Below are positions 51,338 to 60,969 of a DNA stretch of 64,000 bases, one piece after another. The notes beneath the pieces are model-generated. The model was not told the DNA's origin, did not search any database, and was given only the letters and a program-made list of their open reading frames with translations. The stretch lies in NCBI GenBank assembly GCA_030696105.1, contig JAUYNJ010000008.1, positions 18,030 to 82,029 of the forward strand. The letters are read 5' to 3'. The stretch is from a bacterium. GTDB taxonomy: Bacteria; Patescibacteriota; Patescibacteriia; Patescibacteriales; UBA12465. Position numbers and translations under genes: made by a program. Each line of letters starts with the position of its first letter. Position 1 is the first letter of the stretch.

Positions 51338-51739
51338 CTAGAGTAAGTCTTTTAAAAATTCCCAGCGCAAAGGAAGCTTAACAGCCTCTTCCGGACTGAG
51401 CCATCTTATATCTAAAGCCTGCTCGTCCTTAGTTAATTCGCCGGCAGTGATATTGCCGTCAAATATAACTAGCTCAATAATGTCCTCATCGCGTCGCGCA
51501 CCCTTGTATTCTTCTTTAGAAATATGAGATTGGAATATAATAGGTCCGAGGCTGATTTGATAACCACTTTCTTCCTGCGCCTCTCTAGCTGCAGCTTGTT
51601 CAAATGATTCGCCTTCATCGACGTGCCCTCCCGGGAAGCACCATAAACCCATAGCGAGCCGCCCACCTTCTTGTAGTAACAATACTTTATTTTCCTGGCG
51701 TAGCCTGACGAAGGCGACTTTAGTTGTAGCTTGAGTCAT
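51338..51739 (-). CDS. NUDIX hydrolase
   Basis: Nudix box GGHVDEGESFEQAAAREAQEESG. Confidence 0.93.
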   Translation of the reverse strand: MTQATTKVAFVRLRQENKVLLLQEGGRLAMGLWCFPGGHVDEGESFEQAAAREAQEESGYQISLGPIIFQSHISKEEYKGARRDEDIIELVIFDGNITAGELTKDEQALDIRWLSPEEAVKLPLRWEFLKDLL

Positions 51740-51844
51740 ATAAGTATGATAAATTATTCATCCATAATAATATATCAGTCACGATTTAAAAGCACAACAA
51801 GCAATATAAGTTGACATATATATGCTTAGTGCTAAAATTTTAAT

Positions 51845-51984
51845 AATCTCAATCGCTCTCTTATTACTAAATAGAGAAGGAATCTGAGCGTCCCGCCATT
51901 TCGAATGCCGGGAAGGCGCCTAATTGACGGCGTCAAACATGGGTAACATGAGTCTGGGGTCCTATTTTCTGGACCCCTTTTTTA
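51845..51984 (+). ncRNA. Candidate structured small RNA of about 140 nt
   Basis: TTGACA (51811), 16 bp, TG-n-TAAAAT (51833); four hairpins; terminator ggggtcc-N8-ggacccc plus T run; no plausible CDS. Confidence 0.55.
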
Positions 51985-52090
51985 TTAAATCTGTATCACC
52001 ATCAAGCAAAATTGGTTTAATGCCGTATATTTCTTGTCTATTCTACAATTTAATGGGGATTTTTAGAGAAATAGAGAGACGGGTGAAATT

Positions 52091-52600
52091 TTAGATTGCT
52101 GAAAAGAGTTTGTAATATTCATTCATCCTGGGCAAGAATTTTTCAGGTTGCATTTGCAGTTCCGCTTTTAATTCCTGAGGACTAAACCATTTCACCTCCT
52201 CAACTTCATTTTCTTATATCTTTAGATCATTAATATCTATATCTACCTTTGCGGTAAACCATTGGGTGAAATAATGATGCTTGCCAGTTATTTCTATTTT
52301 TGGGCCAAGTGTCGGCTTAATGTTTTTTAATCCAATTTCTTCCTCAGTTTCTTTTGTTATATTGCTCTCATAAGTTTCCCCCTCTTCGACCGTGCCAGCG
52401 ACAGCCGGCCCCCACATATTAGGGTTATTCAATTTAGTATGATGACGTTTCGCTAAAAGAATATCTCCTTGAGAATTAATAATCCATAGAGCAGAGACCC
52501 GATAAATATCATCTTCACTAACAGCGGCCCTGATTTTGTAGCCAATAATTTCATCATCTGAATTTACAATCGTAGTTTTTGGCTGATTTGTTTTATTCAT
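52091..52600 (-). pseudogene. NUDIX (IDI-like) hydrolase interrupted by an in-frame TAA
   Basis: Nudix box AGTVEEGETYESNITKETEEEIG. After the TAA at 52216-52214 the same frame continues ENEVEEVKWFSPQEL...FSAI* to 52091. Confidence 0.75.
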
Positions 52601-52674
52601 ATTAAATATTCTAACTTCTTATTAATTATACCAATAAACCAAATAACCCGCCATAATTTGTTGATTATAGAACG

Positions 52675-52886
52675 CGTAGCCATAGGGGAATTATCGCGTT
52701 CGCCACGTTTTACGTGGCTCACTTGTCCAGGGTTGGCGTCCGATATGCCGCCCGGCATATCGTCCGACGCTCGATTACTCGTCTCGTCTTCCGTCTCGAC
52801 TCGTATCTCGCTTCCAACCAGTTCGATTCCCCCGACTAGCGTCGGCATAATAAAAATACTCCAACTTTGTTGGAGTATTTTTATTA
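52675..52886. repeat. tRNA-linked nested palindromic element
   Basis: Multiple perfect inverted repeats, an inverted tRNA T-arm copy (52821-52832) and a degenerate direct copy of the tRNA 3' end (52675-52691). Confidence 0.7.
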
Positions 52887-52888
52887 CG

Positions 52889-52960
52889 TAGTCCCTAGGG
52901 GAATCGAACCCCTGTTACCAGGATGAGAACCTGGCGTCCTAACCGTTAGACGAAGGGACC
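52889..52960 (-). tRNA. tRNA-Glu(CUC)
   Basis: GGTCCCT...AGGGACT acceptor stem, anticodon arm CCAGG-TTCTCAT-CCTGG and T-arm AGGGG-TTCGATT-CCCCT. Confidence 0.95.
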
Positions 52961-52966
52961 TTTTTG

Positions 52967-53938
52967 TTATTCTTCAATTAAAGGCGTGTCTGATTTCACG
53001 ACTTGGCCAATGATTTCAGTCGCTCCTTTTAAAAAGTCGGAGACGTCAAGAGCGTTCCGATTTTCACGCTGTAATTTTAGTATACGTAAAGAATTTTGTC
53101 TACAGGCAAGGAAAAGCTCGTTATTTTCTGTATATATTTCACCAACCGGGCGATTATGGTCTCTTTCGTCAACTTCAGCTTTAAGAACCTTTATATGTTC
53201 ACCGCCAGGCAATTCAAGATATGTACTTGGCCAAGGATTTAAAGCACGTACGCGGCGCTCAAGCTCGGTGGCAGCGCGCATGGGCGTCAGTCGACCATTT
53301 TCCTTGGTCATTAAACCAATATAAGTAGCTTGAGTTTCGTCTTGTGGTTCCGGAATAATTCCCCCTTCACAATATAAGCGAAGAGTCGGTACAAGCACCT
53401 CAGCTCCAAGCTGTGAAAGTGAGTCGTGAAGATCACTTAAAGTTTCATCACCTTTCAGGTCAATTTTATCTTGTCGTAAAATCGGACCAGTATCAAGGCC
53501 GGCGTCCATACGCATAATTGTGACGCCAGTTTCGTTCTCACCTTTAAGGATTGGCGCTTGCAGACAAGACGCGCCCCGGTGACGTGGCAGCAGGGAAGCG
53601 TGGACATTAATGCAGCCATACTGTGGGATATCGAGAATCACTTGCGGAATAATTTTACCGTAGGCAATAACAACAATGAGGTCTGGTTTGAGGGCGGCGA
53701 TGTTATCAATTTCAGCTTTTATTTTTTCAGGCTGAATGACCGGAATACCCGCCTCTAAGGCAACTTTTTTAACTGGCGGCGCACTCAAGGTCTGTTTGCG
53801 GCCAACCGGTTTGTCCGGTTGAGTAATAATAGCAACAAGCTCAAAATCAGCGGCTGCAATTAAGGCCTTTAATCCGGGCGCGGCGAAATCGGGAGTACCC
53901 ATGAATATTGTGCGAATCTGCTTAGTCATATGCTTCAT
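52967..53938 (-). CDS. fmt: Methionyl-tRNA formyltransferase
   Basis: FMGTPDFA, TQPDKPVGR, NVHASLLP and MDAGLDTG motifs; start at 53938 or 53929. Confidence 0.97.
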   Translation of the reverse strand: MKHMTKQIRTIFMGTPDFAAPGLKALIAAADFELVAIITQPDKPVGRKQTLSAPPVKKVALEAGIPVIQPEKIKAEIDNIAALKPDLIVVIAYGKIIPQVILDIPQYGCINVHASLLPRHRGASCLQAPILKGENETGVTIMRMDAGLDTGPILRQDKIDLKGDETLSDLHDSLSQLGAEVLVPTLRLYCEGGIIPEPQDETQATYIGLMTKENGRLTPMRAATELERRVRALNPWPSTYLELPGGEHIKVLKAEVDERDHNRPVGEIYTENNELFLACRQNSLRILKLQRENRNALDVSDFLKGATEIIGQVVKSDTPLIEE

Positions 53939-54039
53939 TTTAATGTATTTTGAGCCTAAAAGCAAGGTGCGGCTAATTGAGTTTTTTTGAATATATTGTA
54001 TAATGTGAGGGCCTTTATCTTAGGCTGATTTATTTATCT

Positions 54040-54663
54040 ATGTTGATTACTCTAGTTGATGCCTTACTTAATTTCGCCCAAGAAATTGGTTATTGGGGAG
54101 TTGTTTTTTTAATGGCCATTGAAAGTTCGCTGATTCCATTTCCTTCTGAGTTGGTCGTTCCGCCGGCTGCTTATTTAGCCGCGCAAGGCACTTTAAATAT
54201 TTGGTTGGTGATTGGGGCGAGCGTACTTGGTAGTTTAATTGGAGCCCTTTTTAATTATTTTCTCGCCTTTTATCTCGGACGCCCAGTGATATATCGTTTA
54301 GCTTCTTCTAAATTTGCCCGCTATCTCTTAATTAAGCCCGAGCAAATTACTAGAGCCGAATTGTATTTTGAGAAATATGACAGCACCTCAACCTTCTTTG
54401 GCCGACTGATTCCTGTTATTCGACAACTAATTTCATTGCCGGCCGGATTTGTGCGCATGCCTCTATATAAATTCATTTTCTATACTTTCCTTGGCTCTTT
54501 GCTTTGGACACTTGTCTTGGCTGGGTTAGGCTATTTTTTTGGTGCGAATGAGACTCTCTGGAAAACATACTACGCCGAACTTACTTGGGGCATAATTGCT
54601 GCCGTAGTGATAGTTCTAGGAATACTTATTTGGAAGCAAAGAAAGAAAGGGATTATAAAATAA
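54040..54663 (+). CDS. DedA-family membrane protein
   Basis: ESSLIPFPSE and GRLIPVIRQLISLPAG motifs. Confidence 0.93.
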   Translation: MLITLVDALLNFAQEIGYWGVVFLMAIESSLIPFPSELVVPPAAYLAAQGTLNIWLVIGASVLGSLIGALFNYFLAFYLGRPVIYRLASSKFARYLLIKPEQITRAELYFEKYDSTSTFFGRLIPVIRQLISLPAGFVRMPLYKFIFYTFLGSLLWTLVLAGLGYFFGANETLWKTYYAELTWGIIAAVVIVLGILIWKQRKKGIIK

Positions 54664-54711
54664 GAATATCAAAGTACTATATAAAAATACCGGCTAGTGA
54701 GCCGGTATTTT

Positions 54712-55188
54712 TTAATTGATTAAGTGGTCAATGAAGAGGATGCCGTTTAGATGATCAATCTCATGCTGCAGAACGCGAGCGAGATGCTCATCGGCTTGAA
54801 TCTTTTTTTTCTTGCCCTGAGGATCGTAGTATTGGACGGTAATATTTTTATGACGCTCAACTTGTCCGTATATAATTTTACCACGAGAGTCGACGACCGA
54901 TAGACAGCCTTCTTCACCAATAACTTTGCCCCAGGATTTACGTGTGATTGAGGGATTAATTAGAAATGTGCTTTTCCCGTTACGGTTGCCAATGACAAAT
55001 ACTCGTTGACTAACTTCTATTTGCGGGGCAGCGAGTCCGGCCCCGTCCTTTTCTTTCATCGTAGCATCCATGTCGGCTAAGAATTGCTTGAATTCAGGAG
55101 TGTTGAGCAAATTCAAAGCAAGCGGTTCTGACACTTGGCGCAGAATCGGATTGGGGTGAATTAAAATTGGCTTTATTTCTCCTTTCAT
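54712..55188 (-). CDS. def: Peptide deformylase
   Basis: GAGLAAPQ, EGCLS and QHEIDHLNG motifs. Confidence 0.97.
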   Translation of the reverse strand: MKGEIKPILIHPNPILRQVSEPLALNLLNTPEFKQFLADMDATMKEKDGAGLAAPQIEVSQRVFVIGNRNGKSTFLINPSITRKSWGKVIGEEGCLSVVDSRGKIIYGQVERHKNITVQYYDPQGKKKKIQADEHLARVLQHEIDHLNGILFIDHLIN

Positions 55189-55493
55189 AAATCAATGCTA
55201 GTTTGTTTAGATTTCTTTTCTTTTTTTATTGGGGCCTCTCTCTTCGGCATATACTGATCGGCAATTTTGAAAAAATATTTCCAGGCGGCCCCAGTCTGGC
55301 AGAGTTCTTTAGTGTCGTTCATTGCACGTTCCACCTGAGTGGTCGACAATTCTTTGCAGACTTTAAATACGGCGCCGCGTTTGAAATTTGGGATACTGAG
55401 TTGCGTAATAACGCGCAAAGCCAAGTCCTGCCAAGGGTAGGCTGGGGCTTTCTTAGCTTGTCTAGATTTTAATAAATCAGCAAGGTTGTCCAT
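55185..55493 (-). CDS. Hypothetical protein
   Basis: 102-aa ORF translationally coupled to def. Confidence 0.75.
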   Translation of the reverse strand: MDNLADLLKSRQAKKAPAYPWQDLALRVITQLSIPNFKRGAVFKVCKELSTTQVERAMNDTKELCQTGAAWKYFFKIADQYMPKREAPIKKEKKSKQTSIDL

Positions 55494-55494
55494 A

Positions 55495-56304
55495 CTAAAT
55501 CGGTGCGACTTTAAGATTAAAATTTACACTGAGATAACCGACACCAAAGTCGGTTTGATAGGCAAGAATTTCTGGTTCGTAGGTGTCACCAATAATTCCG
55601 AGTAGAATTGCCAGTTGTTTTAAGCCACCCTCAAGTACTTCCTCCGTCAACTTCTCATCAATTGACAGCAACTTCTCACGACCATCGGCCGCCTCACCCA
55701 AATATTCAATTACGCGATTATCAAAACGAGCGCCTTTGGGGGTGTAGCCTGCTGGTGACTTTTTCTTTAGGCGGTGAGAGAGATCGCCAGCGGCGATTAC
55801 GGCTATTTTTTCCGGACGAGCTCTTAGAACGGTGCCAATTTCTTGTCCGATAAGGTAATGAGTGCGCCTATCTAAATTTTCAGCGGGGAAGAGCGGCAGT
55901 ATTTTGATGGCTTTAAGATTTTCAGTTAGCAGCTGTAGGGGCACGGCTGTGCCGTAATCAAGCTCGCGCTGACTAATAAAATTAAGCGCTTGCTCGCGTC
56001 CAAGCTGAGCTTTTAAATCATCTGCCAAACTTAGGGCTGGCAGGAATGATTTGATAGTCGCGAGGTAGCCAAATTCTTGAAAACTGAGATTAAGCGTCGG
56101 CCCGATATTTAAAGAGAGGCCATCAGGACGAGTCGGTCCGTTTGGCGAAATAACAAGAATGATATCAACCTCCTCCGCCTTTAATATATCCGCCACGGCT
56201 TGGTATGCTTGGGTGGTTTTCTTTAAGAGGCGATGATTTTGCTTACCGATTTCGGGGATAAGGAGGGGCGAGGGAGGCAAGAAGGCACTGGCGATAATAG
56301 GCAT
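55495..56304 (-). CDS. LigB/MEMO1-like (AmmeMemoRadiSam B-type) fold protein
   Basis: PLLIPEIG, LDYGTAVPL, AGDLSHRL, GARFD and FGVGY motifs. Confidence 0.8.
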   Translation of the reverse strand: MPIIASAFLPPSPLLIPEIGKQNHRLLKKTTQAYQAVADILKAEEVDIILVISPNGPTRPDGLSLNIGPTLNLSFQEFGYLATIKSFLPALSLADDLKAQLGREQALNFISQRELDYGTAVPLQLLTENLKAIKILPLFPAENLDRRTHYLIGQEIGTVLRARPEKIAVIAAGDLSHRLKKKSPAGYTPKGARFDNRVIEYLGEAADGREKLLSIDEKLTEEVLEGGLKQLAILLGIIGDTYEPEILAYQTDFGVGYLSVNFNLKVAPI

Positions 56305-56433
56305 AAATTATAGTGCTAGAGAGACTTAATTATATAATATTTACAGAGGTTTATAAATATTGACACATATTATTAATAATGGCAAGAATGCAAAAACTCC
56401 CGCGGTTTGAGGCGGGAGTTTGAGGAGACTTTT

Positions 56434-57918
56434 TTATTGAGCGACGTCGTAGGTGATAGGAGCGCCGAGAGGGTATAGATACAGCAATTGCGGGCTAACG
56501 GTGATGACATTTGACCAGTTATATCCTAAGCGCTCGAAGTCATTACCACTTACAAAAGGTCGTTTCTCACCGTGCACGATTAGATAAACAGCCGGTGCAT
56601 TTGGTGACTTAAGTAGTTCGCCGTCATCAAATAAGACTGGCGAAACCTTGGTGTACTGTGCGAGCTCTGCGGCAGTGGGCTTAAGAATTGTTTTACCTTT
56701 GAACTTAGTGCTTAATAAAACCTTATCGATAATTGGGGCTTTGATACCGTCTTGGGCGAAATAGACACCACCACTGTCGGGATCACGGAGTAGGGCGCCG
56801 GTCGGATAGACGGATGTTGCCTTGAGCATTGTGCCCTCGCGGTAGTAGCTCAAATCTTGAGTAGTGGCAGGGATAATCTCTTCGGGGTTAAAGCCAAATT
56901 TCTTAAAGGCATCAAGATTTTCGAACTTGCGCTTCTCGTCACCGACGATTAAATAAAGGCTGGCATCAGAGGCACGGACGATGGAATAATTAGGCAGACT
57001 GATGGGCTGTCCTTTTTCGTAGCCTTCTAGCTCAACCTTATCAACTGAAATAATCTTATCGAGGCTATAGCGGGAAACGAGGGCGCTCTTACTAGTGAAG
57101 GGGCGCTTCATACCATCTCGGATGAGCCATACTCCGACCTCACCTTTTGCCTGCAGGAGGGAGCCGTCAGCATAGCGAGATGAGCTTTTTGGGAAATAAC
57201 GTTCGTATAAGCGGTATACATTATAATTACCGTCGAAGACGTGGGGCGTATAGTTGTATAGTGCAGCCGTCGCTTTGTTTTGAGGAGTGACGACCATGGT
57301 TTCGTTCGAAATTGTACCGTAGGGATTACTGAAAGTATAAGTTTGCCCAGCCTTATAGCTGTAGCGGTGCTGTTCGTTCATGTAGGCAAGAAATTGCAGG
57401 GAAGCGCTGTTTACTTGTTTACCGAAGCCTTTGTAATAAGGGTTGCAGGTCCAACCATCAGGGCAGCCATATCCCGTCGCCCAGTCAAGTCGTGCCTGCG
57501 CCGGATTTACCTCTTCAACAACGCTCGATTCTTTTTGTAAAAGCACAAGGAGAAACTTAGGACTAACTGTGGTGATGCGGCGACACTTTAATTGCTTTTC
57601 AGCTTCAGTCGGAGCGTCGGAAAGAGTGACGCCGGCGCAATCAAAGTTGCTTTTAGCGGCTTCGTAGATGATTTCTGCGGCAGTCTTTAAAGTGCCATGA
57701 GCGTTCAGTGTTTTATAGGTGGCGAGGTAACTATTTTTATTCTGTAAAAAATTCTGAATTTGCTCCAGCGTCATGCTATCAGCATTCATTAAATCATCAT
57801 CGCTGATAATTAAATTGGGATTGAAGTTGGGGTCTATGGTTTGAGCATTTGTGCTCGAAAATGGTGCAGACAGGAGGATGATAGCAGCTAACGCCGCTAG
57901 ACCGAATGATTTATACAT
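56434..57918 (-). CDS. Secreted cell-surface protein with four C-terminal CPR-type repeats
   Basis: Signal peptide; FNPNLIISD, LLQKES, GYGCPD and ATAALYNYTPH N-terminal domain; repeats of about 60 aa of the type DGxLL...VYLI...KRPF. Confidence 0.75.
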   Translation of the reverse strand: MYKSFGLAALAAIILLSAPFSSTNAQTIDPNFNPNLIISDDDLMNADSMTLEQIQNFLQNKNSYLATYKTLNAHGTLKTAAEIIYEAAKSNFDCAGVTLSDAPTEAEKQLKCRRITTVSPKFLLVLLQKESSVVEEVNPAQARLDWATGYGCPDGWTCNPYYKGFGKQVNSASLQFLAYMNEQHRYSYKAGQTYTFSNPYGTISNETMVVTPQNKATAALYNYTPHVFDGNYNVYRLYERYFPKSSSRYADGSLLQAKGEVGVWLIRDGMKRPFTSKSALVSRYSLDKIISVDKVELEGYEKGQPISLPNYSIVRASDASLYLIVGDEKRKFENLDAFKKFGFNPEEIIPATTQDLSYYREGTMLKATSVYPTGALLRDPDSGGVYFAQDGIKAPIIDKVLLSTKFKGKTILKPTAAELAQYTKVSPVLFDDGELLKSPNAPAVYLIVHGEKRPFVSGNDFERLGYNWSNVITVSPQLLYLYPLGAPITYDVAQ

Positions 57919-58041
57919 AGGGAGTTTTTATTAATCTTATAATATCAAAAAGCCTCTTCATTATAATATATTTTAACGAGGAAACCAAGCAAAAAGTCAC
58001 GAGCTTTAAACTGTTCGCTAATAATAAGTAGTAGTTGTAAC

Positions 58042-58074
58042 AAAAAAAGCCGCCAGGAGATTTGGCGGCTTTTT
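58042..58074 (-). terminator. Intrinsic terminator after clpB
   Basis: aaaaagccgcca-ggagatt-tggcggcttttt. Confidence 0.85.
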
Positions 58075-58083
58075 ACTAAATGT

Positions 58084-60738
58084 TTATTTTCTAACTCTTG
58101 TTACGGCACGATCAACTGTAATTACGTCTTTACCACTGACATCAATCACAACTTTATCCCCCTCTTGCACTTTATTCTCAATAATACGCATGGCGAGTTC
58201 ATCAAGAATTAGATTTTGAATTATTCTCTTTAAAGGCCTGGCCCCATAGGTATTGTCGTAACCCTTCTCAGCTAAAACTTTTTTTACTTTCGCGCCGATG
58301 CGTAGAGTAATGTTCTTCGCATTAAGGCGTTTCTCAACTTTTTCTAGTTCGAGAGCGACAATTTTTTCAAGATCAACGGGTGAGAGGCTTTGGAAGAGTA
58401 CGATTTCATCAATACGATTTAAGAATTCAAGCTTGAAGTGCTCCTTTAGAATCTTATCAACCTTCTCACTCATTTCTTTGGTGCGCGCGCTATCCTTTTT
58501 TATTTGCTCACTCTCACCACCGAAACCGATGGAGTATTGTTTGATTACTTCATTACCAAGGTTGGAGGTCATAATAATAACCGTATTCTTGAAATTAACA
58601 GTGCGACCCTTCGAATCAGTTAAACGACCATCATCAAGAATTTGTAGGAGCATATTAAACATGTCGGGATGCGCTTTTTCGATTTCATCAAGTAAAATAA
58701 CACTGTAGGGATGGCGACGAACACGTTCTGTGAGCTGCCCGCCTTCGTCGTAGCCAATATAGCCAGGAGGGGAGCCAATTAATTTAGCAGCCGAATGTTT
58801 TTCCATGTATTCACTCATGTCTAAACGGATGAGTGAACTTTCATCATCAAAGAGGAATCGGGACAGAGCTTTAGCGAGTTCAGTTTTGCCGACACCGGTC
58901 GGCCCAATGAAAAGGAAAGATCCAATCGGTCTTTTTTCTTCATTGATGCTTGCTCTCGATCGGCGAATGGCGCGGGCGACGGCGGCAATGGCACTGTCTT
59001 GTCCGACCACTTCTTTTTGCAATTCCTGTTCGGTATTAACGAGTTTTAATAAGTCGTCAGCTAACATTTTATTAACGGGTATACCAGTCCAGCGGGCCAC
59101 AACTTTCGCAATATCTTCTTCACCAACTTCTTCTTTTAAGATGCGTTGTCCTTTTTTCTGAATTTTAATGAGGCTGTCCTGGAGATTATTAATTTTAGTG
59201 TCTAACTCGGGGATAAGAGCATACTTTATTTTAGCGACTTCAGTTAAATCGGCTCCCTGTCGTTGTGAAATTTCCGCTTTAATTTTTAATTCATCGATTT
59301 CACGTTTATGGTCACGAATGCCGGAAATAATATTTTTTTCATTATTCCAGTGTAGCTCAAGTTGATTTGCCTTTTCTTTTAATTTGGCGAGCTCGACGTT
59401 AATGCCGCGAAGTTTCGGTGATTTTTTATCGGATGACATTAAAGCGGCCTTGTTAATTTCCAGTTGTTTAATGCTGCGTTTAAGTTGATCAAGTTCATCA
59501 GGCATCGAATCAATTTCCATGCGCAGGGAAGAGGTTGCTTCGTCAATGAGGTCGACTGCCTTATCCGGCAAGAAGCGATCACTGATATAGCGATTTGATA
59601 ATTTCGCGGCCGCGGTTAAAGCATCATCGGTAATACGAACACCGTGGTGTACTTCATATTTTTCTTTCAAACCACGAAGCATGTTGATAGTGTCTTCAAC
59701 ACTAGGTTCATTTACCATGATTGGCTGGAAGCGGCGCTCAAGGGCGGCGTCTTTTTCAATATACTTCTGATATTCCTTAGTGGTAGTGGCGCCGATAGTG
59801 CGCAACTCGCCACGAGCGAGAGCTGGTTTTAACATGTTTGAGGCATCCATTGAGCCTTCAGAAGAACCAGCGCCGATGAGGGTGTGCAGTTCGTCGATGA
59901 AAATAATGATGCGACCCTGCTGACTTTTTACTTCTTTTAATACCGCTTTCAAGCGGTCTTCGAATTCACCGCGGAATTTAGCGCCCGCGACTAACATGCC
60001 GAGGTCGAGGGTGATAATTTCTTTATTCTTTAAATTTTCTGGCACATCACCAGCAACGATGCGCTGAGCTAAGCCTTCGACAATTGCAGTCTTGCCAGTT
60101 CCAGCCTCACCAATGAGTACGGGATTATTTTTGGTGCGGCGCAGTAAAACTTGCATCACGCGACGGACTTCGGTGTCGCGGCCAACAACCGGGTCAAGTT
60201 TTTCTTGACGAGCAAGTTCTGTGAGATTGGTTGTATATTTTTCTAACACCTTAAAGCGACCTTCAGGAGACGCGTCCGTAATACGCTCGTTGCCTCGCAG
60301 CTCTTGGAGGATAGCGGAAACTTTCACGTGTTCAACGCTAAAGCTCAGTAAAATATTTTGAGCTGGTGAGGGGATGCCGATAAGAGCCAATAAGATGTGC
60401 TCAGTGGAAATAAACTCATCGCCCATGCCATCAGCTTCTTTTTTAGAGCGCTCAAGAATTAAGGCTGTTTCATTAGTGCCGGAAACAGCTTGAATAGGTC
60501 CGCTCTGCATGTCGATTTTTGTTTTTGGCAGTTTCTTGATTTCGCCAACGGTGTAATTTTCTAGAGTCTCAGGATCAATAGCGAGTTTTTCCAGCACTGG
60601 TTTTACCAAGCTTTCTGGCTGCTGGAGCAGGGATAATAATATATGTATGCCCTCAATATTTGGTTGTCCAAAATTGGCGGCAATAGCCTGAGCATTGATA
60701 ATCGCCTCCTGAGATTTTTCTGTAAATTTATTGAACAT
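58084..60738 (-). CDS. clpB: Hsp100 chaperone, ClpB-type
   Basis: Two AAA+ modules ([16 protein letters not shown]), long coiled-coil M domain, pore loop GYIG and GARPL motif. Confidence 0.9.
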   Translation of the reverse strand: MFNKFTEKSQEAIINAQAIAANFGQPNIEGIHILLSLLQQPESLVKPVLEKLAIDPETLENYTVGEIKKLPKTKIDMQSGPIQAVSGTNETALILERSKKEADGMGDEFISTEHILLALIGIPSPAQNILLSFSVEHVKVSAILQELRGNERITDASPEGRFKVLEKYTTNLTELARQEKLDPVVGRDTEVRRVMQVLLRRTKNNPVLIGEAGTGKTAIVEGLAQRIVAGDVPENLKNKEIITLDLGMLVAGAKFRGEFEDRLKAVLKEVKSQQGRIIIFIDELHTLIGAGSSEGSMDASNMLKPALARGELRTIGATTTKEYQKYIEKDAALERRFQPIMVNEPSVEDTINMLRGLKEKYEVHHGVRITDDALTAAAKLSNRYISDRFLPDKAVDLIDEATSSLRMEIDSMPDELDQLKRSIKQLEINKAALMSSDKKSPKLRGINVELAKLKEKANQLELHWNNEKNIISGIRDHKREIDELKIKAEISQRQGADLTEVAKIKYALIPELDTKINNLQDSLIKIQKKGQRILKEEVGEEDIAKVVARWTGIPVNKMLADDLLKLVNTEQELQKEVVGQDSAIAAVARAIRRSRASINEEKRPIGSFLFIGPTGVGKTELAKALSRFLFDDESSLIRLDMSEYMEKHSAAKLIGSPPGYIGYDEGGQLTERVRRHPYSVILLDEIEKAHPDMFNMLLQILDDGRLTDSKGRTVNFKNTVIIMTSNLGNEVIKQYSIGFGGESEQIKKDSARTKEMSEKVDKILKEHFKLEFLNRIDEIVLFQSLSPVDLEKIVALELEKVEKRLNAKNITLRIGAKVKKVLAEKGYDNTYGARPLKRIIQNLILDELAMRIIENKVQEGDKVVIDVSGKDVITVDRAVTRVRK

Positions 60739-60781
60739 ATATGTATTTTGATTAATTATATTTGAAGTATTTTATACGTAT

Positions 60782-60853
60782 TTAGCACTCTTTTGAGATG
60801 ACTGCTAACGCAAGCACTAGATATATGATACTACAGCAAGAGGTAAAAGTCAA
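60782..60853 (-). promoter_or_regulatory. Sigma70 promoter plus CIRCE for clpB
   Basis: Minus strand TTGACT (60853-60848), 17 bp, TATCAT (60830-60825). The CIRCE reads TTAGCACTC-N9-GACTGCTAA on the plus strand at 60782-60808. Confidence 0.9.
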
Positions 60854-60969
60854 TAATTATCTCGGTGGAATAAAATTAAAAAAATGATTGTTTCAAATAA
60901 TAAAATTAAATGGTATACTATATATAATGAATAATAAATAAATTTTTTTTGAGTCTATTTTTTCCTAAT

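Noticed and set aside
51870..51962. Cobalamin-riboswitch-like words (AAGGAATC, GCCA..GGGAAGG, AGTCTGG)
   Set aside because: The core CCCGCNACTGT and a proper B12 box are missing, and there is no downstream co-oriented gene.
52214..52216. Possible TAA-to-Gln stop-codon recoding
   Set aside because: TAA is the normal terminator of most genes in the window; a single case fits mutation or error.
52597..52891. ORFs 52597-52848 (-) and 52658-52891 (+)
   Set aside because: They overlap the GC-rich palindromic element, show no protein motifs and are best explained as chance open frames.
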